Positions 13,258 through 23,703 are shown, counted from the stretch's first letter. The stretch: DNA of 42,259 nucleotides from Octopus bimaculoides (GCF_001194135.2 NC_068987.1:40310759-40353017); one strand, 5' to 3'. Numbers and translations are program-made. The notes: a model not told the origin generated them from the letters alone.

Positions 13258-14616
13258 CAGGGGTTGGACAAAATAATGGAAACACCTAGCATCGTAGCAT
13301 CATAATTTTGAAATAGCTATAAAACTGTCAAAACCTTGTTTACTTTTATGTTTTTTGATCTCTTATTATTGTTGCTTAATATGTTTTGCTATAACTGCTG
13401 CTTCTTTTCAGATCTCATCAGAAAAAGGTAATTAAAATTCATTAAAATGACAGATCTATCGGACTTTCAAAGAGGTCAAATTGTTGGTGCTCATATGGCA
13501 GGCACTAGCATAACGAAAACAGCTGAAATGTTTGGTGTATCAAGAAGTACTATCTCGAAAGTAATGACAGCCTTTGAACAAAACTCTGGAAGAAAACCAA
13601 AACTTTCAGATAGGGACTGTCAAACTCTTATGTGAATTGTTAGAAAGGATCACAAAAGTACAGCTCCCCAAATTACTGCAGAGTTTAATGACCACCTCGA
13701 GAACAGAGTTTCCGCAAAAACCATTCACCGGGAGCTGCACAAAGCCGGATTTCATGGGAGGGCTGCAATCAGAAANNNNNNNNNNNNNNNNNNNNNNNNN
13801 NNNNNNNNNNNNNNNNNNNNNNNNNNNNNNNNNNNNNNNNNNNNNNNNNNNNNNNNNNNNNNNNNNNNNNNNNNNNNNNNNNNNNNNNNNNNNNNNNNNN
13901 NNNNNNNNNNNNNNNNNNNNNNNNNNNNNNNNNNNNNNNNNNNNNNNNNNNNNNNNNNNNNNNNNNNNNNNNNNNNNNNNNNNNNNNNNNNNNNNNNNNN
14001 NNNNNNNNNNNNNNNNNNNNNNNNNNNNNNNNNNNNNNNNNNNNNNNNNNNNNNNNNNNNNNNNNNNNNNNNNNNNNNNNNNNNNNNNNNNNNNNNNNNN
14101 NNNNNNNNNNNNNNNNNNNNNNNNNNNNNNNNNNNNNNNNNNNNNNNNNNNNNNNNNNNNNNNNNNNNNNNNNNNNNNNNNNNNNNNNNNNNNTTATCTG
14201 ATCAAATTCGTCCTATAGTTGCAGAACTGTTTCCAGAGGGAAACACAATCTTTCAGGATGATAATGCACCAATTCACACAGCTAAAGTTGTTACTGAATG
14301 GCATGAGGAACATTCTAGTGAAGTTGAATATCTTATTTGGCCACCACAGTTCCCAGATCTCAATATTATTGAACAATTACGGTGCATTTCAGAAAAACAA
14401 GTAAGGAGTCGATATCCTCCACCATTATCACTACAAGAACTAGAGACTGTTTTAGCTGAAGACTGGACAAAAATTCCTTTGGAAACGATTCGAACTCTGT
14501 ACGAGTCCATAAAGCATAGAATTCAAGCTGTAAATACTGCCAAAGGTGGTCCTATCCCATATTAAAATTAATTTGTTTGAAATTTTAAGGTGTTTCCATT
14601 ATTTTGTCCAACCCTG
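13258..14616 (+). mobile_element. Tc1-type DNA transposon (DDE), both TIRs, spans gap 13776-14193
   Basis: About 29-30 bp TIRs cagg(g)gttggacaaaataatggaaacacct, TA on both sides (13256-57, 14617-18). N-terminus MTDLSDFQRGQIVG..ITKTAEMFGVSRSTISKVM; catalytic FQDDNAPIH..WPPQFPDLNIIE. Stops present. Confidence 0.93.
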
Positions 14617-15208
14617 TAATACAATTGAGGAGTATTTTGTAAAGTGTGCAATGTTAAGTTTTAAAGCAATCAGTAGATAAGATCCAAGAGGAAGTATAGT
14701 AATAGAAGCACAACGAGATGAAACTTCCAAGCTTCATATAGCTCATGTGTAACGGGGAAGACCTTTTATTATTCCCTGAATCTGTCTGAATCAGTTTCGT
14801 ATGTAGTAAGGTTTGAAGCCAAACTGGATAAATAATATCAACAACAGCTGAATCGCCATCAAATCACATCCTAATATCTTATAAAAGGAAGGCTACATAA
14901 TATTGTGTAGTCCTAGATAAACTGTGTCTAAATAAAATTGGATAGTCATGGTTGGGAAACTTTTGATTACAAGTCTGCTACATCATGTCTGATTTGAGGA
15001 TAAGCAACCAAATTTTACAGTAATAAAAATTGTTACAACAACATGGATTTTAAGATGTATTTCTCTGGAGGTAGTTTGAAATATGCTATACTGTTGCTGT
15101 AAACTAGACTGAGAATAAATGCACAGTTTGGTCAGCCATCACTTGCAAATAAGTATGGTTTGCTAACATGACCATGCTTTTGCTAATTGTTTCATGCAAT
15201 CCTAAGCA

Positions 15209-16490
15209 TTGGGTCATCCCATAAATAATGCAGTTCTTTTATACTTCTTTTATTTTTCAAAATTAAGACAACCAAAGTTCTTTTTTAATCTAAAATATAC
15301 TCTCCTTCATTTTCTACAATGCTCTTCCATCTATCTGGTAGTCTTGCAAGGCCCCTCTTCCAAAATTTACTTGTTCATGATGAAAAATACTCCTCCAGTA
15401 CTGTTCTGACCTTGTCTGCAGAATTCATATCTTTTGCATTCAAATGATTTTGAAGACTGCGGAATAAATGATAATCAAAAGGAGCAATGTCTGGTGAATA
15501 TGGTGAGTGGGGCATCATTTCCCATTCAATCTGCTCCAGCTTTTGGAATGTAATCCTTTCTGTATGTGGCCGAGCATTATCCTGATGGAAGGACACCTTT
15601 CATCTTGAAACTAGAGATGGTAATTTTTCTTCTAGTGCTGACTTAAGCTGTGCACAGTAAATCTCCTTTGTTATCATTTGGTTCGGGTTTAAAAGTTCAA
15701 AGTGGACTAAACCTTTCATACCCCACTAAACAGATAACAACACCTTATGTGGATGAAGACCTTCTTTAGCCTAAGGTGCTGGTGTTTCTCCTTTCCCTAC
15801 CCACTATCTTCGACGCTTCACATTTTCATAGAGAACCTCAAAAAGGTTTATTTGTGAGATATGACAGCAAAGAAGAGCATATATTCACTCTCTGTGTGCA
15901 ATTAAACTCGGAAAGTTCATGAGGAACCCATTGATCCAATTTTCTGACTTTTTGCTGATGGCATGCAGGTGTCGATGAATGATTGAATGACCAAATCCAA
16001 GCCTCTCTGCTAGTTCCGCAACAATTATGATGGGATTTTGTTCCACCAAGGTTTACAAGATGTCCTCATCAAGCTCTACAGATCTTTCAGGACATTCTCG
16101 TCAAGCTCTACAGATCTTCCAGGATGAGGTTCATCTTCTAGGCCATAGTTTCTGGCTCAGAATTTCTGGGACCACCGTTGACAGTGGCTTGCGCTTATTG
16201 TCTTATCTCCATATACTGCATTAATATTCCTCACACTTTCTGTTGTGTTGTTGCTTTTATTGAACTCATAAAGCAAAATATGCCGAATATGCTCTTCGTT
16301 ACTTCCATTATAGCTTTGTAAAAATAACTTAAAATTGAACTGCACTCTTCAAAATTTACACTAAGAATGACAAGGTAAAATTACTACCTGCTTTTATAGC
16401 AAGTTGATGCAAGTAGTTTATCCTGTTCCCCTCTGACTTTTAGCTCAAGCAATTGAAAAACAAAAACGCATTATTTATGGGATGACACAA
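15209..16490 (-). mobile_element. mariner (DD34D) transposon, full length (about 1.28 kb), decayed
   Basis: TIRs ttg(g/t)gtcatcccataaataatgc at both ends, TA at 16491-92. HIRHILLYEF..CQRWSQKF; HQDNARPH..PHSPYSPDIAPFDYHLFRSLQNHL. Confidence 0.93.
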
Positions 16491-16796
16491 TAGAGAGACA
16501 TCTTCTTAGTCCTTTCACTTTAACCCAGCAGAAAATCCAATCTAATGTGGAAAAAATATAAATAAAAATGACTTTAAATTTTGTTTGTGTTTGACTAATA
16601 CATATTAAAAATTGTTAATTATGGGATGAAAACGAAGACTTAATTTTATAGATATAACATAATGAAATAAGAAAATTTATAAAATATGTAAGTTCCAAAA
16701 ATGCTGCTAGTTCTTATTACTTCTGTGATTTAATAAATCCACCCTTGCCCACCAAAAACAAACCATCCAAAACAAAACAAGAAATAGTTAACTTAC

Positions 16797-16991
16797 ACAA
16801 GTACTATCATATTGCCAGCATTTAGATCAACACCTTGGTAGTTTGCTAGGAACAGAGCTGCTGTTACAATGAACAAAGCACTGCCACCCGCATTTAATGT
16901 CACTACTAGAGGTAGTGATACTCCGATCACCCGTTTATCAGCACCATTTCTCTCCACAAGACTAGATTCCATTTCTGGAAAGGCGGCAGAA
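16797..16991 (-). CDS. SLC1/EAAT-family transporter, internal coding exon (195 nt; HP1b-TM7-HP2a)
   Basis: Acceptor tattactttAG (16992-93), donor GTAAGT (16796-91), phase 2-2. Encodes (S)SAAFPEMESSLVERNGADKRVIGVSLPLVVTLNAGGSALFIVTAALFLANYQGVDLNAGNMIVL(V). Joined to the 29536 exon it rebuilds the TSSS HP1 motif. Confidence 0.9.
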
Positions 16992-17116
16992 CTAAAGTAA
17001 TAGAAAAAAATGAATAAATAAAAAGAGTTGTTGAAAATGAAAAATGATTTCTTTTGACTATTCAATGTTTAAACTAGTTATTTAAAGTTATTTTTAAATC
17101 CATTATACTATAGTTA

Positions 17117-17250
17117 TAGGTGCAGGTGTGGCTATAGATTAAGAATTTTACTTCCCAGCCACATGATTTTGGGTTCATTTTCACTACATGATACAGCCGA
17201 CAAAAGCTTTGTGAGTAGATTTAGTAGACGGAAACCGAAAGCCCATTGTA
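17117..17250 (+). mobile_element. Degenerate SINE head fragment
   Basis: ggtgcaggtgtggct..cttcccagccacatg..gggttca and agctttgtgagtagatttagtagacggaaaccgaaag match the SINE at 41471 with an internal deletion. Confidence 0.7.
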
Positions 17251-17531
17251 TATACGCATATATTCTTTTATGCATTTCAGCCCAAAGGGTGTGTTCATGC
17301 CAGAGCACCACCAGTATTAGAAAATTACCATTTTTAAATCTCACAACGTGAGATATTCAGCAACAGTACTTTGTAGTAAAGATTGCTTGCCAACATAACA
17401 TGGCAGTCCTGGTTTAGGACTAATGTTGCTGTAATTTAGCCCCAGGAGACATCGTCTCCAGCTGGCTATATGACATGATCTGTGTCCTTATATTTTCAAA
17501 CAAGGGAATCTAGCACTCCAACTCAGCTCAA

Positions 17532-17592
17532 AACAATATCTGTGTATCGCAATTTCTGGGTTATTTCCCTTCATCAGCACAGAATAATTGTT
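17532..17592 (-). ncRNA. Type I hammerhead ribozyme motif (family A, left arm)
   Basis: AACAAUUAUUCUGUG-CUGAUGA-A-GGG(AAAUAA)CCC-A-GAAA-U(UGCG)A-UA^CACAGAUAUUGUU: core intact, stem I 6 bp plus 6-bp extension, stem II 3 bp, stem III 2 bp, AUA triplet. No canonical G10.1-C11.1 pair. Confidence 0.72.
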
Positions 17593-17641
17593 TGAAAACT
17601 ATATATTTCGAATGGGAATTTGGCAGCACCACCTCTAACTG

Positions 17642-17702
17642 AACAATTATTCTGTGCTGATGAAGAGAAATAACCCAGAAATAACAATACTCAGATATTG
17701 TT
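17642..17702 (+). ncRNA. Type I hammerhead ribozyme motif (family A, right arm, more degenerate)
   Basis: CUGAUGA at 17657-63, GAAA at 17678-81, AUA at 17687-89. Mismatches in stem II (GAG/CCC) and stem I (CUCAG). Confidence 0.55.
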
Positions 17703-17859
17703 TTGAGCTGAGTGGGGGTGCTAGATTCCCTTGTTTGAAAATATAAGGACACAGATTGTGTCATATAGCCAGCTGGAGATGTCTCCTGGGGCTAAATTCC
17801 AGCAACATTAGTCCTAAACCACGACTGCTATGTTATGTTGGCAAACAATCTTTATTACA

Positions 17860-18060
17860 CCACCAGTGTTATCACCCTTTTCAATGGCCATTCTTATGTG
17901 ATTGACTTTTGGTGAAGGAGGGAGTTCAATATTGCTGTTTTCTTTTGAGTTTCTTGCTGCAATGTAAGTTTATCTGGGACCTTGTATAGGAGGAGGTCAA
18001 GTTGTTTCTTGAAAACATCTAGTTCCACTTCACATAGATCTCTCAGATGTTTGGCAAGGT
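17860..18060 (-). mobile_element. 3'-terminal fragment of a CR1/L2-group LINE
   Basis: Minus strand reads PKHLRDLCEVELDVFKKQLDLLLYKVPDK..ILNSLLHQ, resembling the FK-x-x-LD-x-FL-x-x-PD..NSL C-terminus of such LINEs. Recognised by motif only. Confidence 0.45.
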
Positions 18061-18233
18061 ATTAAATAGCCATGGGCCCTTGAATCCCAAACTATTGCAG
18101 TACATGTGATATATGTATATATATAAGATTCACTTGAATTAGGTACTTAAATTGAGGCACCAAGCCAGTCTGGTATAGTCTGCACAGCTCAAAGTTAGGT
18201 GAATAAAGAGCAAATAAGTAACAAGGATGTCCA

Positions 18234-20389
18234 GGTATCAATGCATCATGACTGTTTCAAGCAGCTCCATTTAATCTATCAATGAAAACATTACATCAAT
18301 TTGAAAGAAACCATTCTCCTCAGATGCAGACAACCATACAGATTTCCAATATAGAGGATAAATCATTGTTTTTAGCACAATTTACATCAGTTCTAAAATC
18401 TGAAATAATTACATTGTTTTCCTTTGCTATGTTTGTGGCAGAATGAACTTAGGGAAAAATGTATATCTAAAGCCTGCTATAATTTAGAGAGTAGTGGGAG
18501 GGGGTCAAGAAAAAGGAATGGTGAGATAGTTAATTTATATTTATCTTTATTATATTTATAAGATTTTATGCAGCATATAGTCTACAACCCTTTAGAGTTA
18601 AATCCATTGGGAGTTGACAGTTATGTTCCAGTTGATGGTAATAAATTAATTAATGTCAGATACCCTCCCCGGCCCTTATTTTACTGGGACTATATATCTA
18701 GCTTTATCTACATAAAAGGATATGTTTCAGAGTTGCTAGTAAGAGAATGACTGATGGAGAAGAGGTGATAACTAGAAGGAGGAAGGGTTACAAGGTGTAT
18801 CATAACTTAGCCAATTTGATATATCAAAAATTTAGAAAAGAATTTTAGAACAATATAATGGCAAAAGGATAGATAATTAAACTTAAACCTTAGAAATTGG
18901 GTACTTTAATACATAAGACAAAGTTCATAAGGCCTTTTCTAAGCATAAGCCAGTCCACTTATGCGTACCTTTCTTCATTGGACACTAAACTCCACTTGCA
19001 AAGACCTGTTGAGGCAAGTGAAATCGAAATCGAGTTTAAATTGGACACTAAACTCCACTTGCAAAGACCTGTTGAGGCAAGTGAAATCGAAATCAAGTTA
19101 AATTCGACGACTGGCACCCATGCCAATGTCGTCTCCTTCATTGGACACAAAACTCAGCTTGTGAAGACTTATTGGGGCAAGCGAAAGCGAAATCGTGATG
19201 GCACCTGTGCCCAGTGTCGCCTTTCTGGCACTTGTGCCTGCGGCATATATAAGGACATTCGAGCGAGATCGTTGCCAGTGCCCCTGGACTGGCTCTTGTG
19301 GCACATAAAATACACCATTTTNNNNNNNNNNNNNNNNNNNNNNNNNNNNNNNNNNNNNNNNNNNNNNNNNNNNNNNNNNNNNNNNNNNNNNNNNNNNNNN
19401 NNNNNNNNNNNNNNNNNNNNNNNNNNNNNNNNNNNNNNNNNNNNNNNNNNNNNNNNNNNNNNNNNNNNNNNNNNNNNNNNNNNNNNNNNNNNNNNNNNNN
19501 NNNNNNNNNNNNNNNNNNNNNNNNNNNNNNNNNNNNNNNNNNNNNNNNNNNNNNNNNNNNNNNNNNNNNNNNNNNNNNNNNNNNNNNNNNNNNNNNNNNN
19601 NNNNNNNNNNNNNNNNNNNNNNNNNNNNTGAGACCTAAATCTAAGGCCTCAGCCAGTCCACTTATGCGTACCTTCCTTCAGTGGACACTAAACTCCACTT
19701 GCGAAGACCTGTTGAGGCAAGTGAAATCGAAATCGAGTTAAATTCAACGACTGGCACCCATGCCAACGTCATCTCCTTCAGTGGACACGAAACTCAGCTT
19801 GCGAAGACTTATTGGGGCAAGCGAAAGCGAAATCGTGATGGCACCTATGGCCAGCGTCGCCTTTCTGGCACTTGTGCTTGCGGCATGTGTAAGGACTTTT
19901 GAGCGAGATCGTTGTCAGTGCCCCTGGACTGGCCTTCATGCCGGTGGCACGTAAAAGCACCCACTACACTCTCTGAGTGGTTGGTGTTAGGACGGGCATC
20001 CAGCTGTAGAAACTCTGCCAAATCAGATTGGAGCCTGGTATAGCCATCTGGTTTCACCAGTCCTCAGTCAAATCGTCCAACCCATGCTAGCATGGAAAGC
20101 GGACGTTAAACGACGACGATAATGATGATGATGATTGCTATTATAGTAGGCTTTGGATATACATTTTTCCCTAAATTCATTCTGTCACAAATATAGCAAA
20201 GGGAAACAATGTAATTATTTTGGTTTCTAGTACTGATGTAAATTGTGCTACAAAAAATGGTTTATCCTTTATATTGGAAATCTATGTGGTCATCTGCATC
20301 TGAATAGAGTGGTTTCTTTCAAATTGATGTAATGTTTTCATTGATCGATTAAATGGAGCCACTTGAAATGGCCATAATGCATTGATACC
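18234..20389. repeat. Inverted pair of a ~250-bp dispersed repeat (18234-18483 and 20140-20389)
   Basis: gtatcaatgc..ccatttaatc..aatgaaaacattacatcaatttgaaagaaacc..ctataat recurs as the reverse complement at 20140-20389. Confidence 0.85.
18945..20135 (+). mobile_element. Non-autonomous RTE-tailed retroelement; two partly overlapping copies either side of gap 19322-19628
   Basis: Shared gccagtccacttatgcgtacct..gagcgagatcgttg. The 3' end ccaacccatgctagcatggaaagcggacgttaaac(gat)n resembles the tail of the RTE LINE at 32306. The first copy has an extra 63-bp tandem unit (18978-19040 and 19041-19102). Confidence 0.75.
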
Positions 20390-22019
20390 CGTAATGCAGT
20401 CATATCCTCATTAGGGATTATATAATCCAAAGTATTACACTGGTTTAAATCCTATCATATAATGTGAAAGTCATTGGTATATGTTTGGGATTATTGAAAT
20501 TATCAATATTGGGGGAAAGCAAGAAGAAAATGGAGAAGAAATAGATGTAATTAATAATTTATTTGTATGTTACAAAAAGATGACAGTTTTTTTAAAAAAA
20601 CATAACAGTACAAATAAATTGAATTACATGTTGAAAGCTCAAAAAATAAATTAAAATAAAATAAAGAACTTACATATATGTTTCAGTTCTGTCATCTAGT
20701 TGATGGGAAGGAATTTTGAAGCATTTCGTTTAATGCTAAGAAAGTTACCATATTCTAACAATATGGTGGTAGGATGACTTCAAGGTTAATATAGAGCTCA
20801 TGGAAGTTAGGTAATCATTTTTTTTCTTTTGAAGGAAGTATAGAGTATTAGTAGGTTAAAAGTTAAAAGCTATATATTGAAAGTGTATTTGATTGATGGG
20901 TTTTATATATTTGTGAATATACTATGTACTATATGTTATAATTTGAAATAGATAAATAAAAATTAAAATCAAGCTAACGATAAAATAAAATAAAAATGAC
21001 TATTAAAACATTAAAACATAAAATAAAATAAAATAGACTAAAAATAAAACCTATGGATTATTCTTATTGGTTTAGTGAGAGATTCATATATGACATGATG
21101 ATGATGGAAGAAAATTTGAAAAATAACCGTTATAATGTGTATCGACCATTATTGATTAGGACATGTAGATACATATTTAAATGCAAATTTTAGATTAAAG
21201 CAATAGGCGGTTGGGACAATAGACATCAAATACATAGTGACTCATATATGTTTTATTGAGTATATGTGTGCACATAAATGTACATTAGAACTATTTAGTA
21301 TGAACACCAGTTTGAATATATAAATGCAAAAACAACTAAAACAGCTAAGAAATATATGCTATAGTGAGGAAGAAGAGTAAAAGAATATCAGATAAGGTTA
21401 TTGGATATAAATTCAAGTTCTAATAGGTATCGAATTTGCAGATAGAGTATTAAGTTTAGTAAATTAATGGTAGATATTTAAAGATTATTTACTATAAAGA
21501 AAAATATTTAATCATTTGATATGTGTAATGGGTATGATATTTAGATTCAAAATTAACAAAAGTGAGAAGGAAAGATAAGATGAAGAAAAACGGTGATTTA
21601 CTTTTTATATGAGTTATGGTCGGTGCGCAATGAGTTAGATATAAAATACAAAAATTTCTAGGTATAAATTCTAGATCTATTATGTATATAATTAATTGGG
21701 TTTGATATTAAGTAGATTATTAATGGTGGATATTAGGTCTAAAAATAAACAGGGGAAAATAGTGAATTCAGAGAGGTTAGTGGTATTTATAGAATAAATA
21801 TTTATGAGGATATTAAGATACAGAGGAACTATTTATGTTCACCGGGTTTTATATAAATAGAGGGTTTATAAATATAAATTCAGGATCCATTAGGTAGAGA
21901 AATCATTCATGGCCTATGCTCCACAGGGAGTGAAGGGCTTAAAGAATATATATATATATATGTATATATATGAATAATAACAATAAATGGAGCAAAACGC
22001 ATATAAATAAAAGTTCCTT

Positions 22020-22112
22020 TAATTCCTACGTATGTTTCAAAATATATGTGCAATCTACACCATAGAAGTAAGAGCTGCTGGAATTGCACATATATTCATC
22101 ATCAGGGAACCA
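22020..22112 (-). ncRNA. Type I hammerhead ribozyme motif (family B, left arm)
   Basis: UGGUUCC-CUGAUGA-UG-AAUAUAUGUGCAAU...AUUGCACAUAUAUU-UU-GAAAC(AUAC)GUA^GGAAUUA: 7-bp stem I, 14-bp stem II, GUA triplet. Confidence 0.8.
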
Positions 22113-22382
22113 GCATATAGAAGCAAGAAAAATGCGAAATGATAAGGTAACTTACGAGTTATAAATAATATTATATGGCCAAGTGGCAATGGATGCAGAA
22201 ATAGATATTATTTTACATTATATTAAAAGATATTATTCAGAGGACATTTGGTAAAAAAAAAACAATAATAATAATAAAAAAAGAAAATAATAATAATAAT
22301 AATAATAATACCTAAAACCTTAAACTAGTTGGAAGAATGGAATTAATGATAATAAATGAAGGTATGTCTCTGCCAGTGCTGA

Positions 22383-22970
22383 CATCGATACACTCTTTTA
22401 TTTTCCCCTTCTATAAGTAATTCCTTCCCAGTAATGCAACATTAGCTATCTCTGTACCACTAGTAACTTTAACTAGATATGCCCGATCTTCTTGTAAGCA
22501 TGTATATTGTTATTATTATTTCTCAACAAAATATTTTGTACCTTGTTCTACCATTGATTTGCGTTAACATCCGTATATTAATATATTACAAGGCAACGAT
22601 TTTTTTATTTATCATGTTTACATTCTTCGCTTCAAATCAGTATGTTATTAATTTTAATATCATCTTAAACAATATCTATTACTGCCTCCATCGACACTTG
22701 TCTTTTATTTTCCTCTTCTCTAGTTAGTTAAGTAATTTCTTCCTAGTAATGCTACATTGGCTGTGTTTGTACCATTAGTAACTTTAACTAAATATTCCCG
22801 AACTTCTCCTTGTAAGCTTGCATAATATTATTATTATTTCTCAACTAAATATCCTGTACCTTGTTTTACCATTAATTTGCGTTAATATCCATATATTAAT
22901 ATAATACATTACAAGGCTATAATGCTTTTTTTTAATATTTACATTCTTCGCTTTAAATTAGTATGTTACT
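22383..22970. repeat. Diverged tandem duplication, unit about 305 bp (22383-22650 and 22688-22970)
   Basis: aagtaatt(c/t)ctt..gtaatgc..tagtaactttaacta..cttgtaagc..tttctcaac..tgtaccttgtt..tttgcgttaa..tttacattcttcgctt occurs twice. Confidence 0.85.
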
Positions 22971-23279
22971 TTTTTTTTTCCTTAAGGAGAAATTTTTATA
23001 TATGATGAACTCTCTTGATTCTCTCCCTTCCTCCACATTTGGATTAGCTTATAGTTTATGACTTCAGTTTACTTTGCTGTGATCCATTCTTCCCCCCTCC
23101 CTCCTATTTTAATCATTTAATTTAAACCTTTAGTATAGCGTTTACAGCCCCCTTTCCGTTATAACTCTATGTAAACCAGCGTTCTTACTTCTAACGGTCA
23201 CTTACTTGGCCATATAATATTATAATATTATAACTCGTAAGTTACCTTATCATTTCGCATTTTTCTTGCTTCTATATGT

Positions 23280-23372
23280 TGGTTCCCTGACGATGAATAT
23301 ATGTGCAATTCCAGCAGCTCTTACTTCCTTGGAGTAGAGTGCACATATATTTTGAAACATATGTAGGAATTA
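23280..23372 (+). ncRNA. Type I hammerhead ribozyme motif (family B, right arm)
   Basis: Stem I uggttcc (23280-86) with ggaatta (23366-72); CUGACGA 23287-93; 12-bp stem II 23296-307 with 23340-351; GAAAC 23354-58; palindromic stem III ACAUAUGU; GUA 23363-65. Confidence 0.8.
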
Positions 23373-23703
23373 AAGGAACTTTTATTTATATGCATTTTGC
23401 TCCATTTATTGTTATTATTCATATCTACTCAAAATGCATTGCTTTAATTTGGTATCTCTACCTATAAAACNNNNNNNNNNNNNNNNNNNNNNNNNNNNNN
23501 NNNNNNNNNNNNNNNNNNNNNNNNNNNNNNNNNNNNNNNNNNNNNNNNNNNNNNNNNNNNNNNNNNNNNNNNNNNNNNNNNNNNNNNNNNNNNNNNNNNN
23601 NNNNNNNNNNNNNNNNNNNNNNNNNNNNNNNNNNNNNNNNNNNNNNNNNNNNNNNNNNNNNNNTATATATATATATATATATATATATTTAGAGAGAGAG
23701 AGA

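Larger units (their letters stand above)
17377..17854. repeat. Long imperfect palindrome: arms 17377-17592 and 17642-17854, 49-nt spacer
   Basis: Arms align as reverse complements over about 215 bp, for example taaagattgcttgccaacataaca versus tgttatgttggcaaacaatcttta. Confidence 0.92.
21968..23424. mobile_element. Inverted-repeat cassette with hammerheads (arms 21968-22184 and 23204-23424); Penelope-like pseudo-LTR candidate
   Basis: About 220-bp arms that are near-identical reverse complements, each containing a hammerhead, around a 1-kb spacer. Confidence 0.75.

Noticed and set aside
18568-18750. 60-aa ORF with a faint resemblance to a LINE endonuclease (INVRYPP)
   Set aside because: No diagnostic GDFN or SDH motif; similarity too weak to call.
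21908-21945. Short ggcctatgctccacagggagtgaagggcttaa segment before (TA)n, like a LINE 3' tail
   Set aside because: Too short (about 40 bp) to assign without a library search.
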